From: an uncultured Pelagibacteraceae bacterium
Lineage (GTDB): Bacteria; Pseudomonadota; Alphaproteobacteria; Pelagibacterales; Pelagibacteraceae
DNA length: 64,000 nucleotides
Assembly: GCA_902594865.1 (NCBI GenBank)
Contig: CACJNV010000002.1
Span: 31,121 to 95,120, forward strand
Direction: 5' to 3'
The position numbers were made by a program, and so were the translations under genes. The notes under the pieces are model-generated. The model did no database searches and was not told where the DNA came from. It saw only the letters and a list, made by a program, of their open reading frames with translations. Shown piece by piece: positions 50,719-61,874 of this stretch (positions are counted from its first letter, which is position 1; each line of letters opens with the position of its first letter).

Positions 50719-52961
50719 TAAAATGTAGTTCCAAGATTAAATCTGAAGCTTTCTGTTATATCTGTTGAGCTTTTAGTTAAAGGCTGTGTTAAAGTAAAAT
50801 TCATTGGACCAATAGGACTAAACCAATCAATGCCCACTCCTATAGAACTTTTAATATCATCAGAATTTTCTAAACTATTATCATAATCAACACCCCAAAC
50901 ATTACCTATGTCTAAAAATATATTAAAATCAGTCGATTGAGAATTTTCAAACATTCGGGGAATATTTGACGAAAAATTTAATGATACTGCATAATTTCCA
51001 CCAATAAAATCGTTTCCATCTTTGGGCCCTACTTTGCCTCTCTCAAATCCTCTTAGTCTACTTGATGGTAAATAAACTCTTTCAGATAATTTTATATCAT
51101 CACCTGTTATAGATATTGAGTTTTTAAAATAAAAAGAAGATTTAAGAATTGTATTGCTTAAGTATTCATAATAATTTGAATATATTAAAGTATTATTTAA
51201 AGTATTAGTTTCACTTATTACTGGCAAATCTAAAGCGTAATAATTTCTAAAACCCTCTGTTGTTTGAAATTTTTGATTACGTTTATCAAAATCGAATGAA
51301 AAAGATAAATGATTATCAAAATAATCTCCTTTTTGCTTCTGTTGTAGTGCAGATGCTGTTGAGTCAGTTTCAATTTTTTCAAGGTATGAGTTAACTGCTA
51401 ATCCTAGGTATAAATCATCATAATATTCAAAATTAGATCCTATACCAAATCCTGTCTTTTTTGTTTTATAACCAAAATTCTTCAATCTATCAGTTTCGGT
51501 TGCCTCCAAATTAATAAAAACAGCTTTATCTGAATTTTTATAGTTTGGATTCTTGATATTTAAATTTCCTCTAAAAGTTTCAGTACTTAATTCAGCTTTC
51601 GCATCTAGAGTAACTCCAGTTCCCAAATAATTATTTTCTTTAACTCCAAATACTGCTGATCCGCCTGATGTTCCAAATCCAGCACCAGCCATTATCTCGC
51701 CCGTTGGCTTTTCACTAACTTCTATATTTATAATATTTGTATTATTAGTTTCATTATAAACAATTTCTTTACTTATATCTTTAAAGAAATTTAGTGATTT
51801 AAGGTTGTTTAATGATTTTGTTAACAAAATTTCATTGAAAGGATCACCTTCGTCTAATTCAAACTGGTTTCTGATAACTTCTTCATTTGTTACATTATTT
51901 CCAAGAATATTTATTTTTTCAACAAATATTTTTTCAGTTTCTGAAATAACAAAATTTAAATCAAGTTTGTTACCAAGCAGGCTCTCTTCAACAGTTGCCT
52001 TAGTTGATACAAATTGTTCATTTACCGTAATATCATTAATTTTTTTTAATAACTTTTCAATTCTATTTATTGAATAAGGTTTGCCTTTTAAATTTTCAAA
52101 TAATTCATCGATATATTTAAAATTAGTTAAATCGAAGTCGGAAGGAGCTAATAATTTAAGCTGATTAAAAAAAATTTTTTCATTTGCATCAATATTAAAA
52201 ATTAATTCAAAATTTTCGTCATCTATTAATTTTGCGAATGAAGAATTTATTTGCACATTATAATATCCTTTATTAAGATAAAAGTTTTTTAACAACCTAT
52301 TATCAATTGAAATTATTTCTTGATTTAAATATTTTTTTCCAGATATAAATTTCCAGAACTTATACTCTTCACTAATAATTACTGACTTTAATTTATTATC
52401 TTTAAAAACTTTATTTCCTGTAAATGTTATTTTTTTAATTTTAGCTTTATTCCCTAAATCAATCTCATAAATTATATCAACAATATTTTTATCTTGAAAT
52501 TGTTTAAAAATTTCAACTGATGAAAAATAATATCCACTCCTTTTTAAAGACTCAATTATTCCTTCTTTATCCTTTTCTAAAAGAAATTCATTTAATGATG
52601 AACGTGATTTTAGTTTCAAATTACTTATTAATGTTTCTTTGATAGAATTTGACTTAATACCATTTAATTTTATATTACCAATTATCGGATATTCTTTAAC
52701 TATTATTGTTAAAATATTATTTTCAAAATTTGTTGAAATATTTTCAAAAAAATTAGAACCATAAATTCTTTCTATAATTTTATTTAATTCATTATTATTG
52801 ATATTGCTTCCTTTACTTACGCCTGAAAATACAATAATTGTCTCTGATGGTACTCTATCATTTCCTTCAACAATAATCTTATTAACAATATCAGCAAAGG
52901 TTTTATGTCCTGAAACAAATAAAATAAATAATACAGATAAAAATAATTTAAATTTAGGCAT
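50718..52961 (-). CDS. bamA: Outer membrane protein assembly factor BamA
   Basis: POTRA repeats (GN.RV), E.PTG, E.NYLG.G, LRGF, W.SPIGP, C-terminal FNLGTTF. Confidence 0.95.
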   Translation of the reverse strand: MPKFKLFLSVLFILFVSGHKTFADIVNKIIVEGNDRVPSETIIVFSGVSKGSNINNNELNKIIERIYGSNFFENISTNFENNILTIIVKEYPIIGNIKLNGIKSNSIKETLISNLKLKSRSSLNEFLLEKDKEGIIESLKRSGYYFSSVEIFKQFQDKNIVDIIYEIDLGNKAKIKKITFTGNKVFKDNKLKSVIISEEYKFWKFISGKKYLNQEIISIDNRLLKNFYLNKGYYNVQINSSFAKLIDDENFELIFNIDANEKIFFNQLKLLAPSDFDLTNFKYIDELFENLKGKPYSINRIEKLLKKINDITVNEQFVSTKATVEESLLGNKLDLNFVISETEKIFVEKINILGNNVTNEEVIRNQFELDEGDPFNEILLTKSLNNLKSLNFFKDISKEIVYNETNNTNIINIEVSEKPTGEIMAGAGFGTSGGSAVFGVKENNYLGTGVTLDAKAELSTETFRGNLNIKNPNYKNSDKAVFINLEATETDRLKNFGYKTKKTGFGIGSNFEYYDDLYLGLAVNSYLEKIETDSTASALQQKQKGDYFDNHLSFSFDFDKRNQKFQTTEGFRNYYALDLPVISETNTLNNTLIYSNYYEYLSNTILKSSFYFKNSISITGDDIKLSERVYLPSSRLRGFERGKVGPKDGNDFIGGNYAVSLNFSSNIPRMFENSQSTDFNIFLDIGNVWGVDYDNSLENSDDIKSSIGVGIDWFSPIGPMNFTLTQPLTKSSTDITESFRFNLGTTF

Positions 52962-54128
52962 TTATAATTTTAATAATTTTGTGATCTCGTAACCTACATG
53001 ATTTTTAACTGATATAATATCTTCAATTTTTTTTGGTGTTAATTTTTTATATTTCAAAAATACCTTATAATTTATCAATTTTAGCATTATACTAACAATT
53101 TGATTATATTTAATTTTTTTTTCTAAAAATAAATTTACCAATCTATCATTTGCACTAATAATTACACTTTCATATAAAGAAATTTTTTCAGGCATTTTTT
53201 TTAAAATTTTTATTGAGGGAAAATGTTCAATATCAACTTTTCTTAGATTAAGAGTATTTAATTTAATTATGTCAATTTCTTTAGTATCAATTTTTTTTTT
53301 ATCATTCGTAAATATTGTATTGAATATAGGAATTTTCATAGTTGTGTCATGTGCAATAATTTTAATTAATCCGTTAGAAAATTTTACTAGAGCATGAACA
53401 TATGAACTGGGATGAGTTAAAATTGAAATTTTTTTGTAAGGAAGTTCAAAGATATGTTTTGCTTCAATTACTTCAAAAACTTTATTCATTAGTGTTGAGG
53501 AGTCAATAGAAATTTTTTTTCCCATTTTCCAGTTTGGGTGTTTTAATGCTTGTGAAATATTTATTTTTTTTAATTTTTTTTTGTTAAAATTCAAAAAAGG
53601 TCCACCAGATGCAGTTAAATAAATTCTTTCAATTTTGTTAGATGGTAAATTTTGTATAGCATACCATAATGAGAAATGTTCGGAATCAACGGGTATAAAA
53701 ATTGTTTTATTTTTTTTTAATTCATTTTTAATTATGTTCCATGAACAAATAATTGTTTCTTTATTTGCAATTGCAATTTTTTTTGTATATTTAATGATTC
53801 TAATTGTAGGTATTAGACCATCTATACCTGATATAGAGCTCATAACATAATCAATTTTTTTCTTAAAAATTAAATTAAATGAGGAGTAGTCATTATAGAT
53901 ATTTACATTTTTATTTTTAAGTTTTTTAACTAAAATTTTATAACTTAATTTATCAGTTATAATTATATTCTTAACATTATATTTATTTATTTGATTAAAC
54001 AAAACTTTGTAATTCTTATTTGCAGTCAAAAGTAATATTTCAAAATTAGATTTTTCTTTTTCTAAAATTTTTAATAAATTTTTTCCAATTGAACCAGTTG
54101 ATCCAAGTATTGCAATTTTTCTTTTCAT
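52962..54128 (-). CDS. dxr: 1-deoxy-D-xylulose-5-phosphate reductoisomerase
   Basis: LGSTGSIG, ANKE, PVDSEH, LTASGGPF, HPNW.MG.KISIDS.TLMNK. Confidence 0.94.
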   Translation of the reverse strand: MKRKIAILGSTGSIGKNLLKILEKEKSNFEILLLTANKNYKVLFNQINKYNVKNIIITDKLSYKILVKKLKNKNVNIYNDYSSFNLIFKKKIDYVMSSISGIDGLIPTIRIIKYTKKIAIANKETIICSWNIIKNELKKNKTIFIPVDSEHFSLWYAIQNLPSNKIERIYLTASGGPFLNFNKKKLKKINISQALKHPNWKMGKKISIDSSTLMNKVFEVIEAKHIFELPYKKISILTHPSSYVHALVKFSNGLIKIIAHDTTMKIPIFNTIFTNDKKKIDTKEIDIIKLNTLNLRKVDIEHFPSIKILKKMPEKISLYESVIISANDRLVNLFLEKKIKYNQIVSIMLKLINYKVFLKYKKLTPKKIEDIISVKNHVGYEITKLLKL

Positions 54129-54129
54129 T

Positions 54130-54774
54130 TTAAATTAAATTATTTAAAATTATAAAATATGCTGCTGGTATAGCAAAAATAATGCCGTCTATCCTATCTA
54201 GCAAACCACCATGGCCAGGAATAAGTTTTCCTGTATCTTTAATTTTAGATTTTCTTTTAAAATATGAAATACAGATATCTCCAATTTGACTAGATAAAGA
54301 AATAAAAAAAATAAATAAAATTGAATTAAGTGATAAGTTAATTTCAATATTCAGAGTTTTTAAATTAAATAGAATTTGAAGTGTTATCAAAGATAACAAA
54401 AAACCACCAATCATCCCTGAATAGGTTTTATTTGGGCTTATTTTCGTTAATTTTGGCCCTTTAAATATTTTTCCAAAAATATAACCACCAATATCTGTAA
54501 AAACACAAACTAATATTGTTATTAAAAAATAATTATAATTTTCATTGAAATCATACCTTAACTTATAAGCTAACAAAAAAGCAAATAGCAAAAAAAATAA
54601 ACCAGAAATATTTAGTAATTTATTTTTTTTCATTAAATTCCATTCGTATATAGAAATAATCAAACAAATAACTAGAAATAATTTAAATATCATATTGTCA
54701 TAAATAATAATATAAATAGATACTGGTAATAATATTAATGAGCTAAATATTCTTTTTATAAACTCGCTATTCAT
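54130..54774 (-). CDS. cdsA: Phosphatidate cytidylyltransferase
   Basis: D.GGY..G, SPNKT, GD...S.FKR...IKD.G.LIPGHGG.LDR.D. Confidence 0.95.
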   Translation of the reverse strand: MNSEFIKRIFSSLILLPVSIYIIIYDNMIFKLFLVICLIISIYEWNLMKKNKLLNISGLFFLLFAFLLAYKLRYDFNENYNYFLITILVCVFTDIGGYIFGKIFKGPKLTKISPNKTYSGMIGGFLLSLITLQILFNLKTLNIEINLSLNSILFIFFISLSSQIGDICISYFKRKSKIKDTGKLIPGHGGLLDRIDGIIFAIPAAYFIILNNLI

Positions 54775-55448
54775 TAAATTGACCCGAAATTTCTTTTAAT
54801 TGATTTATATTTTCTTATTATTTTTTTAAAATCACTTCTTTCAAATGATGGCCATAATTTTTTTTCAAAAAAAATTTCTGAATAAGCAGCTTGCCATAGC
54901 AAAAAATTACTTAATCTTTTTGTGTTTCCTGTACGTATTAATATTTCAGGGTCTGGAATATTTTTAGTTTGAAAATTTTTTATCAAATTTTTTTCGTTAA
55001 TTGGCTTGTTATTTTTTTTTAATTTTTTTATAGCATTAATTATTTCAGATTTTGAACCATAGTTTAATGCTAAATTAATTTGTAATTTTGTATTTTTACA
55101 AGTTTTTTTTTCAGCTATATTTAATAATTTATTTAATTTTGTTGAAAAGTTTTTAATACCAATAATTTTAAGTTTAATGTTTTGATCATTTAATTTATCA
55201 ATTTTATTGATCAAAAAATTTTCTAACAAATCAAAAAGGTATTTTATTTCCTTTCTTGGTCTCTTCCAGTTTTCTGTTGAAAAAGCATATAATGTTAAAT
55301 ATTTGATTTTTTGATGAATTGTCTCTTTTATTATTTTTTCTACGGTATTTAAACCTGCACGATGACCAGCATTTCTTGAATTTTTGTATTTTAGACCCCA
55401 CCTTCCATTACCATCCATGATAATGGCTACATGATTTAAAGGGTTCAT
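54774..55448 (-). CDS. uppS: Undecaprenyl diphosphate synthase
   Basis: HVAIIMDGNGRW, YAFSTENWKRP, LNYG, IRTG...RLSNFLLWQ. Confidence 0.96.
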   Translation of the reverse strand: MNPLNHVAIIMDGNGRWGLKYKNSRNAGHRAGLNTVEKIIKETIHQKIKYLTLYAFSTENWKRPRKEIKYLFDLLENFLINKIDKLNDQNIKLKIIGIKNFSTKLNKLLNIAEKKTCKNTKLQINLALNYGSKSEIINAIKKLKKNNKPINEKNLIKNFQTKNIPDPEILIRTGNTKRLSNFLLWQAAYSEIFFEKKLWPSFERSDFKKIIRKYKSIKRNFGSI

Positions 55449-55996
55449 ATTGTCATTATTTCTTTTTCTTTAGAGGCTACTTTATCATCTACAGTTTTTA
55501 TATGTTCATCTGTAATCATTTGTACTTTTTTTTCGTTATTTTTTTCTTCATCTTCTCCAATATCTTTAGACTTAAGAAGTTTCTTAAGATCTTCATTTGC
55601 TTCCCTTCTAATATTTCTTATAGATACTTTGCATTTCTCACCAATTGACTTTATTAATTTTTTAAGTTCAGATCTTCTTTCTTCATTTAACTCCGGAACA
55701 GGCAATCTAATTAATTGACCATCAATCTGAGGATTTAGACCCAGATCAGATTTTTGAATGGCAGCATCAACTAACTGTACATTATTGGAGTCCCATACCT
55801 GTATATTTATCATTCTAGGTTCTGGAGTAGTTATGCTACCAACTTGATTTATTGGCATCTGTTGACCATAAACATCTACTTTAATCAAATCAAGCATTGA
55901 TGCATTTGCTCTTCCAGTCCTCAGAGAAGAAAGTTCTTTAGAAAATACCTCAATGGCTTTATCCATTTTAAGGCTGTATGATTTTTCATCAAACAT
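55445..55996 (-). CDS. frr: Ribosome recycling factor
   Basis: LRTGRA, LGLNP..DG..IR..VP.L.EERR, IRNIRR. Confidence 0.97.
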   Translation of the reverse strand: MFDEKSYSLKMDKAIEVFSKELSSLRTGRANASMLDLIKVDVYGQQMPINQVGSITTPEPRMINIQVWDSNNVQLVDAAIQKSDLGLNPQIDGQLIRLPVPELNEERRSELKKLIKSIGEKCKVSIRNIRREANEDLKKLLKSKDIGEDEEKNNEKKVQMITDEHIKTVDDKVASKEKEIMTI

Positions 55997-56848
55997 TTAT
56001 TCTCCAATCTTTATTCTATAAAACTCTTTAATTTTTAAATCAGCTATAGAAAGTTCTTTTAACACGTCTTTAACTTTCTTTTTAGGTTCCATTACCCAAG
56101 CTTGTGTTAAAAGTGAATTTTCCTCTTTAAATTTGTTCATCTTACCTAAGCTTATTTTTTTTGCAATATCTTCTGGTTTTCCAGAATTTTTAAGTTCTTC
56201 AGTAACTAATTCTTGTTCCTTATCTATAATAGCCTGATCTATTGAACCAGATTCTAAAGCTAAAGGATTTGATGCTGCAATATGCATTGATAGTTGCTTG
56301 CTAAATGTTTTAACTGTTTCTGAATTTTCTTTAGTATCTAGTGAAACCATAACAGCTAATTTTGCAACATTATCTTTTACAACTGTATGAAGATAATGAT
56401 TATTTAAACCATCAGAATTTTGAATAGTTTTAGCTTTGCCAATAGTAATTTTTTCACCAATTTTTGCAATTAAAGCTACCAAATTATCCTCAACTGTTTG
56501 GCCATTTTTCATTTTAGATGTCTTTAAATTTTCAATGTTTGAATTATTTTGATTATTTAATTCACTTAACTCTTTAACAAATTTAATAAAGTCATCATTT
56601 TTAGCAACAAAATCTGTTTCACAATTTACTTCAATGACTGAAGTTTTGGTTTCATTTCCACTAACTACAACAACTCCTTCTTTTGCATCTCTAGACATTT
56701 TTTTTGATGCTTTTGAAATTCCTTTTACTCTTAAGATTTCAATTGCCTTATCTAAATCTCCATTTGACTCTTTAATAGCTAAATTACAATCTTTAAAACC
56801 AGCACCGGTTGCTTCTCTAAGTTTTTTTACTTTTTCTATATCACTCAT
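55997..56848 (-). CDS. tsf: Elongation factor Ts
   Basis: [31 protein letters not shown]. Confidence 0.97.
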   Translation of the reverse strand: MSDIEKVKKLREATGAGFKDCNLAIKESNGDLDKAIEILRVKGISKASKKMSRDAKEGVVVVSGNETKTSVIEVNCETDFVAKNDDFIKFVKELSELNNQNNSNIENLKTSKMKNGQTVEDNLVALIAKIGEKITIGKAKTIQNSDGLNNHYLHTVVKDNVAKLAVMVSLDTKENSETVKTFSKQLSMHIAASNPLALESGSIDQAIIDKEQELVTEELKNSGKPEDIAKKISLGKMNKFKEENSLLTQAWVMEPKKKVKDVLKELSIADLKIKEFYRIKIGE

Positions 56849-57657
56849 TAGTTTAATTTCTCCTTATCTTCTTTAGAAAATTTTTTTTCTAGTTTTTCTC
56901 TATCTAATTCCTGAATAGTTTTTGTTTTATCCTCAGCTTTAACTTTATCTTTCTTGTTCTCTGCTGCAGGTATTGAGCTTTTAGCACTGTTAATAGTTTC
57001 TTTGATTAAATTACAATAAAGATCAATAGCTCTTCTTGCATCATCATTACCTGGAATTGGGTAATCAATGTTATCTGGATTAGAATTACTATCTAAAATA
57101 GCAATAATTGGTATTCCTAATTTAGCAGACTCAGCAATAGCTAGAGATTCATAATTTGTATCTATAACAAATACTAAATCTGGTACTTTTTTCATTTCAG
57201 CTATACCACCTAAGGATCTTTGAAGCTTATCTTTTTTAACACTCATTTTTAAAAGTTCTTTTTTGGTAAAACCTCTATTTTCTGCAACTAGATCTGTCTC
57301 TAATTTCTTTAATTTTTTAATTGAATTTGAAATTGTTCCCCAATTAGTTAGCATACCTCCTAACCATCTATAATTAACAAAATACTGATCTGTTTCTTTT
57401 GCTACTTCAGCTATTGCTTCTGATGCTTGTTTCTTTGTAGATACAAATAAAATTTTCCCATTATTTGCAATAGTTTCATAAACCTTTTGCAAAGCTACTT
57501 TTGTTAATTCAAGGGTTTGAGTTAAATCTATAATGTGAATAGAGTCTCTTTTACCAAAAATATATTTTTTCATTTTTGGATTCCATCTTAAAGTCTTATG
57601 TCCAAGATGGACGCCTGCTTCTAATAATTGTTGTATTGTAACGTTAGGTATTTTCAT
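56848..57657 (-). CDS. rpsB: 30S ribosomal protein S2
   Basis: [31 protein letters not shown]. Confidence 0.98.
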   Translation of the reverse strand: MKIPNVTIQQLLEAGVHLGHKTLRWNPKMKKYIFGKRDSIHIIDLTQTLELTKVALQKVYETIANNGKILFVSTKKQASEAIAEVAKETDQYFVNYRWLGGMLTNWGTISNSIKKLKKLETDLVAENRGFTKKELLKMSVKKDKLQRSLGGIAEMKKVPDLVFVIDTNYESLAIAESAKLGIPIIAILDSNSNPDNIDYPIPGNDDARRAIDLYCNLIKETINSAKSSIPAAENKKDKVKAEDKTKTIQELDREKLEKKFSKEDKEKLN

Positions 57658-57663
57658 ATTTAT

Positions 57664-57735
57664 TCCCGGTTAAGCCACCACAGTAATTTCCAATAAAGGA
57701 CCGGAGGTATAAAACCAACAACTGTGTGCGTGTTA
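57664..57735 (-). ncRNA. rpsB leader (t44 / S2 autoregulatory element)
   Basis: Minus strand ACACGCACACAGT...ACTGTGGTGGCTTAACCGGG: the CACAGT/ACTGTG stem and the TGTGG.GGC.TAACC 3' motif resemble known rpsB leaders. Confidence 0.8.
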
Positions 57736-57787
57736 ATTTAATTTAGGGATTATTTACAAATATTTACTAAATTTAACAAGTGATTAT

Positions 57788-60700
57788 TTAGTTAATAATT
57801 GCCTGTATTTCTTGATTTCTTAAGAGATTTAGAGATTTTCTTTCTAATTTACGTGCATTTTTTAATCTAAATTTAAGAATATTATCTTCAGTGACTAAAT
57901 TAATATTTACGATAGTTTTGCCTCCATCATTCAAAATTGTAGATATTTTTTCAATCTGTTCTTCAGAATTAAGCTGGAATGAAACCTCGTTTATAGGGCT
58001 GTTAAATAAATCTTTAAGTGAGGCTATTTTTTGCACATTAATTCTAGTTAGTCGATTTTCATCATTAGAAACATTTTTAAATATTGTTAAAATAAGTGAG
58101 CTACCTTCTTTCAAAATTTCTCTATTTAATTCTAAAACATCTGAGAAAATAAAAAGTTCAAATACACTTGATAAATCTGTTAATTTTAAAACAGCATAAG
58201 AATTTCCTTTTGCTGTTTTTCTTTCTTGAACCTTCAGCAGGGTTGCAGCTATGTTAGCGTCTTTTAAATCTTCTTTTGAAATAAAGCTTGAATAATCTGT
58301 TATTTTATAATCATTAAAAATCTCTGTAAATTGATTTAACGGATGGTCTGAAATAAAGAAACCAACTGACTCAAACTCTTTTGATAATCTTTCTTCAAAT
58401 TTCCAGTCTTCAGTTTTTATTAAAAAATCATCCTGCGTACTTTCATCTTCTGAGAATAAATCAATTTGATTAGTGGATTTATTATCAAATATATTTTTAC
58501 TTTTAGCTATCATACCTGGAATTGAATCATGTAAAGCCTGTCTATTTGGGTTTAAATTATCAAATGCACCAGCTTTAACCAAACCTTCTAATTGAAGTTT
58601 ATTTATGTCTTTTGGATTTACTCTATTTATAAAATCATGAATTGACTCAAATTTTCCATTTAAAATTCTTTCCTCAACTATATTTGATATTGCCTCATAA
58701 CCTACAGCTTTAATTCCTCCCAAAGCATAATAAAATTTATTATCAATTGTTCTAAAATCAGCAAAACATTCGTTTATATCTGGACGGACAACTTTAATAT
58801 TTAATCTTTTTAATTCTTCATAAAATTCACTTAGTTTATTTTGATTAGATATATCCATAGTCATTGATGCTGCAATGAACTCTTTTGGATAATATGTTTT
58901 TAAAAATGCAGTTTGATAGGAAATAATTGCATATGCAGCAGCGTGACTTTTATTAAAACCATATTCTGCAAATGGTTCTATTTTTAAGAAAATTCCAGCA
59001 GCAACATCTTTTGCAATTCCATTTTTTACAGCTCCAGCAATAAATCCTTGTTTCTGTTTTTCAAGTTCTGCTCTTTTCTTTTTACCCATTGCTCTTCTCA
59101 AAAGATCAGCTTGTCCTGCTGTAAATCCTGAAAGTTTTTGTGCAATCTGCATTACCTGTTCTTGATAAATAATTACACCATATGTTGGTTTTAAAATATC
59201 CTCTAGAAGTGGGTGTAAATAATCTGGTTTTTGCTTTCCATGTTTGCAATCATTATATGTTGGAATATTGCTCATTGGTCCTGGTCTATATAGGGCAACT
59301 AAGGCAATAATATCTTCAATATGATTTGGCTTCATTTGAATTAAAGCTTCTCTCATACCGGCACTTTCAATTTGGAATAAACCAACTGTTTTACCGGTGG
59401 ACATTAGATCAAATACTTTTTGATCTTCATAATTAATTTTTTCTATATCAAAATCTTTAATTTTTTTTCTTACAATTTTTTGGGTATTGTTAATTACAGT
59501 AAGTGTTTTTAGACCCAAAAAATCGAATTTTACTAAACCTGCATTTTCTGCAGAATACATATCAAATTGTGTAGATGGTAATAATAGATCTGCAGAAATA
59601 TCTTTATACAAAGGAACAACTTCGGTAAGTTTTTTATCTGCTATTACTACTCCAGCGGCATGTGTAGCAACATTTCTATTTAGACCTTCTAATTTTAATG
59701 AGAGATCAGTAAGTTTCTTTACTCTTGGATCATCATTTATGAGTTTTTGTAATCTTGGCTCACCAGCAATGCACTGTGTTAAATTTTGCGGTCTAGAAGG
59801 ATCAAAAGGTATCATCTTAGATATGCTGTCAACAAATCCATATGCTAATCCCAAAACTCTTCCAACATCTCTAATTACCATTCGTGCTTTTAATTTACCA
59901 AATGTTATAATGTGAGCTACACTGTCTTTATATTTTGTAGTTAGATACTCAAAAACTTGATCTCTTTTATCCTCACAAAAATCTATATCAAAATCAGGCA
60001 TTGAAATTCTATCTGGATTTAAAAATCTTTCAAAAATGAGGTTAAATTTTATTGGATCTACATCTGTAATTGATAAACACCAAGCTACTAATGAACCAGC
60101 GCCTGAGCCTCTTCCAGGACCTACAGGGATATCATTATTTTTTGCCCATTTAATATAGTCAGCAACTATAAGAAAATAACTAGAATATTTCATTTCTATA
60201 ATAATAGAAAGTTCATGATTAAGCCTGTTCTTATACTCTTTGTAAGAATTGTTACTTTCTAAATTTTCATTACTTAAATTAAAGATCTTATTGAATTTGA
60301 CTTTTAATCCTTCAATGGAATCTTTTTTTAAAATTTCATCCGCATTTCCATCTTTGTCACTGCTAATATTGGGCAATATTGGGTCAGAAAATAACGGTCT
60401 ATAACTACATCTTAATGGAAAATTATAATTATTTTCTAAAGCTTCAGGTAAGTCAGCAAATAATTCAGACATCTCTGAGTTAGTTTTTAAATAATGTTGG
60501 TCAGTAAATCTTAATCTGTTTTTTTCATTTACGTATGTCTTGTTACCAATACAAATTAAAGCATCATGAGCTTCGTGCATTTCTTTATCTAAATAAAAAA
60601 CTTCATTAGTTGCAATAATAGGTATTTCCAAATCTAAAGATTTTTTTAAATTAAATTTTTCAAATCCGATTTCATTTTGGTCATTATGTCTTTGAATCTC

Positions 60701-61204
60701 TATGTAAAATCTGTCATCAAAAGCATTTTTAATTTTATTATAAAGCTCATCAATTTCACTAAACTTTCCTTTATCAAATAATTTACCAAATAAACCAAAA
60801 ACAGTTCCTGAAAATACAGCAACACCTTTGGAATGGCTTAATAATAATTCAAAATCTACATGTGGATCTGACAATTCATCGTTTTCCAAATACGATAAAG
60901 ATGAAAGTTCTATTATATTTTTATATCCAACTTCATTTAGAGCAAACAATGGAAGTAAACCTGTTGTTTCTCCAGTTTTAAAATTAATTTGAGTTCCAAT
61001 TATTGGCTGAGTACCAGACTTTGAGATCTTTTCAGCAAATTCTAATGCACCACATAAATTTAAGGTGTCACATAAACCTAAGGATTTTATTTTATTTTTC
61101 TTAGAATATTCTTGCAAATCATCAATTCTAGCCGCTCCTTCGCAAATTGAATATTGTGTATGTATTTTTAAATGATTAAAATTATGTAAGACAGACTCAG
61201 ACAT
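57788..61204 (-). CDS. dnaE: DNA polymerase III alpha subunit
   Basis: PHP HL..HT.YS, GPGRGSGAGS, FERFLNPDRISMPDFDIDF, KFDFLGL, YQEQVMQ, YGFNKSHA. Confidence 0.98.
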   Translation of the reverse strand: MSESVLHNFNHLKIHTQYSICEGAARIDDLQEYSKKNKIKSLGLCDTLNLCGALEFAEKISKSGTQPIIGTQINFKTGETTGLLPLFALNEVGYKNIIELSSLSYLENDELSDPHVDFELLLSHSKGVAVFSGTVFGLFGKLFDKGKFSEIDELYNKIKNAFDDRFYIEIQRHNDQNEIGFEKFNLKKSLDLEIPIIATNEVFYLDKEMHEAHDALICIGNKTYVNEKNRLRFTDQHYLKTNSEMSELFADLPEALENNYNFPLRCSYRPLFSDPILPNISSDKDGNADEILKKDSIEGLKVKFNKIFNLSNENLESNNSYKEYKNRLNHELSIIIEMKYSSYFLIVADYIKWAKNNDIPVGPGRGSGAGSLVAWCLSITDVDPIKFNLIFERFLNPDRISMPDFDIDFCEDKRDQVFEYLTTKYKDSVAHIITFGKLKARMVIRDVGRVLGLAYGFVDSISKMIPFDPSRPQNLTQCIAGEPRLQKLINDDPRVKKLTDLSLKLEGLNRNVATHAAGVVIADKKLTEVVPLYKDISADLLLPSTQFDMYSAENAGLVKFDFLGLKTLTVINNTQKIVRKKIKDFDIEKINYEDQKVFDLMSTGKTVGLFQIESAGMREALIQMKPNHIEDIIALVALYRPGPMSNIPTYNDCKHGKQKPDYLHPLLEDILKPTYGVIIYQEQVMQIAQKLSGFTAGQADLLRRAMGKKKRAELEKQKQGFIAGAVKNGIAKDVAAGIFLKIEPFAEYGFNKSHAAAYAIISYQTAFLKTYYPKEFIAASMTMDISNQNKLSEFYEELKRLNIKVVRPDINECFADFRTIDNKFYYALGGIKAVGYEAISNIVEERILNGKFESIHDFINRVNPKDINKLQLEGLVKAGAFDNLNPNRQALHDSIPGMIAKSKNIFDNKSTNQIDLFSEDESTQDDFLIKTEDWKFEERLSKEFESVGFFISDHPLNQFTEIFNDYKITDYSSFISKEDLKDANIAATLLKVQERKTAKGNSYAVLKLTDLSSVFELFIFSDVLELNREILKEGSSLILTIFKNVSNDENRLTRINVQKIASLKDLFNSPINEVSFQLNSEEQIEKISTILNDGGKTIVNINLVTEDNILKFRLKNARKLERKSLNLLRNQEIQAIIN

Positions 61205-61874
61205 TAGATGATTTTATACTACCATCTCTCATCTCCAATAGATAATCTGCTTTTTTTGCAAAAAATCTATTATGAGTTGCAAATATAATTATTCTGTCTG
61301 ATCTTTTTTGTTTGTTTAAAAGTTTAAAAATATCTTTAGCTGTATTCATATCTAAACTACCTGTTGGCTCATCAGCTAAAATAATTTGAGGATCATTAAT
61401 AATCGCTCTTGCTATTGCAACTCTTTGACATTCACCTCCAGAAAGTTGAGAGGGGAAATGATTTAATCTATTTGAAAGTCCAACTTTTTTTAATAATTTT
61501 ACAGCTTTAGATAATGCTAATTTTTTATCATTATTAAGAGATAAAGAGGCAAAATAAACATTTTCCAGTGCTGTAAAATCAGCAAGAAGATTATTTTCTT
61601 GATAAACGATGCCTAGTTTTTTAGCTCTAATTAAATCATTTTTTTCATTATGATTAAAATTAATCTCTAGATTATCAAGCTTAATTGTGCCAGATGTTGG
61701 TTTATCAATTAACGAAATTAAATTAAGTAAAGTTGATTTTCCAGATCCAGAGGGTCCCATTATTGCGTAAGTTTTACCTAACCTAAATTTTCTAGATAGA
61801 CCTCTTAATACATTAATTTTTTTTTCTGTAGTAAAACTTTTCCTTATATTATTTAATTCTAAAAAATTATTCAT
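61197..61874 (-). CDS. lolD: Lipoprotein-releasing ABC transporter ATPase
   Basis: [31 protein letters not shown]; follows lolC/E. Confidence 0.88.
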   Translation of the reverse strand: MNNFLELNNIRKSFTTEKKINVLRGLSRKFRLGKTYAIMGPSGSGKSTLLNLISLIDKPTSGTIKLDNLEINFNHNEKNDLIRAKKLGIVYQENNLLADFTALENVYFASLSLNNDKKLALSKAVKLLKKVGLSNRLNHFPSQLSGGECQRVAIARAIINDPQIILADEPTGSLDMNTAKDIFKLLNKQKRSDRIIIFATHNRFFAKKADYLLEMRDGSIKSSNV

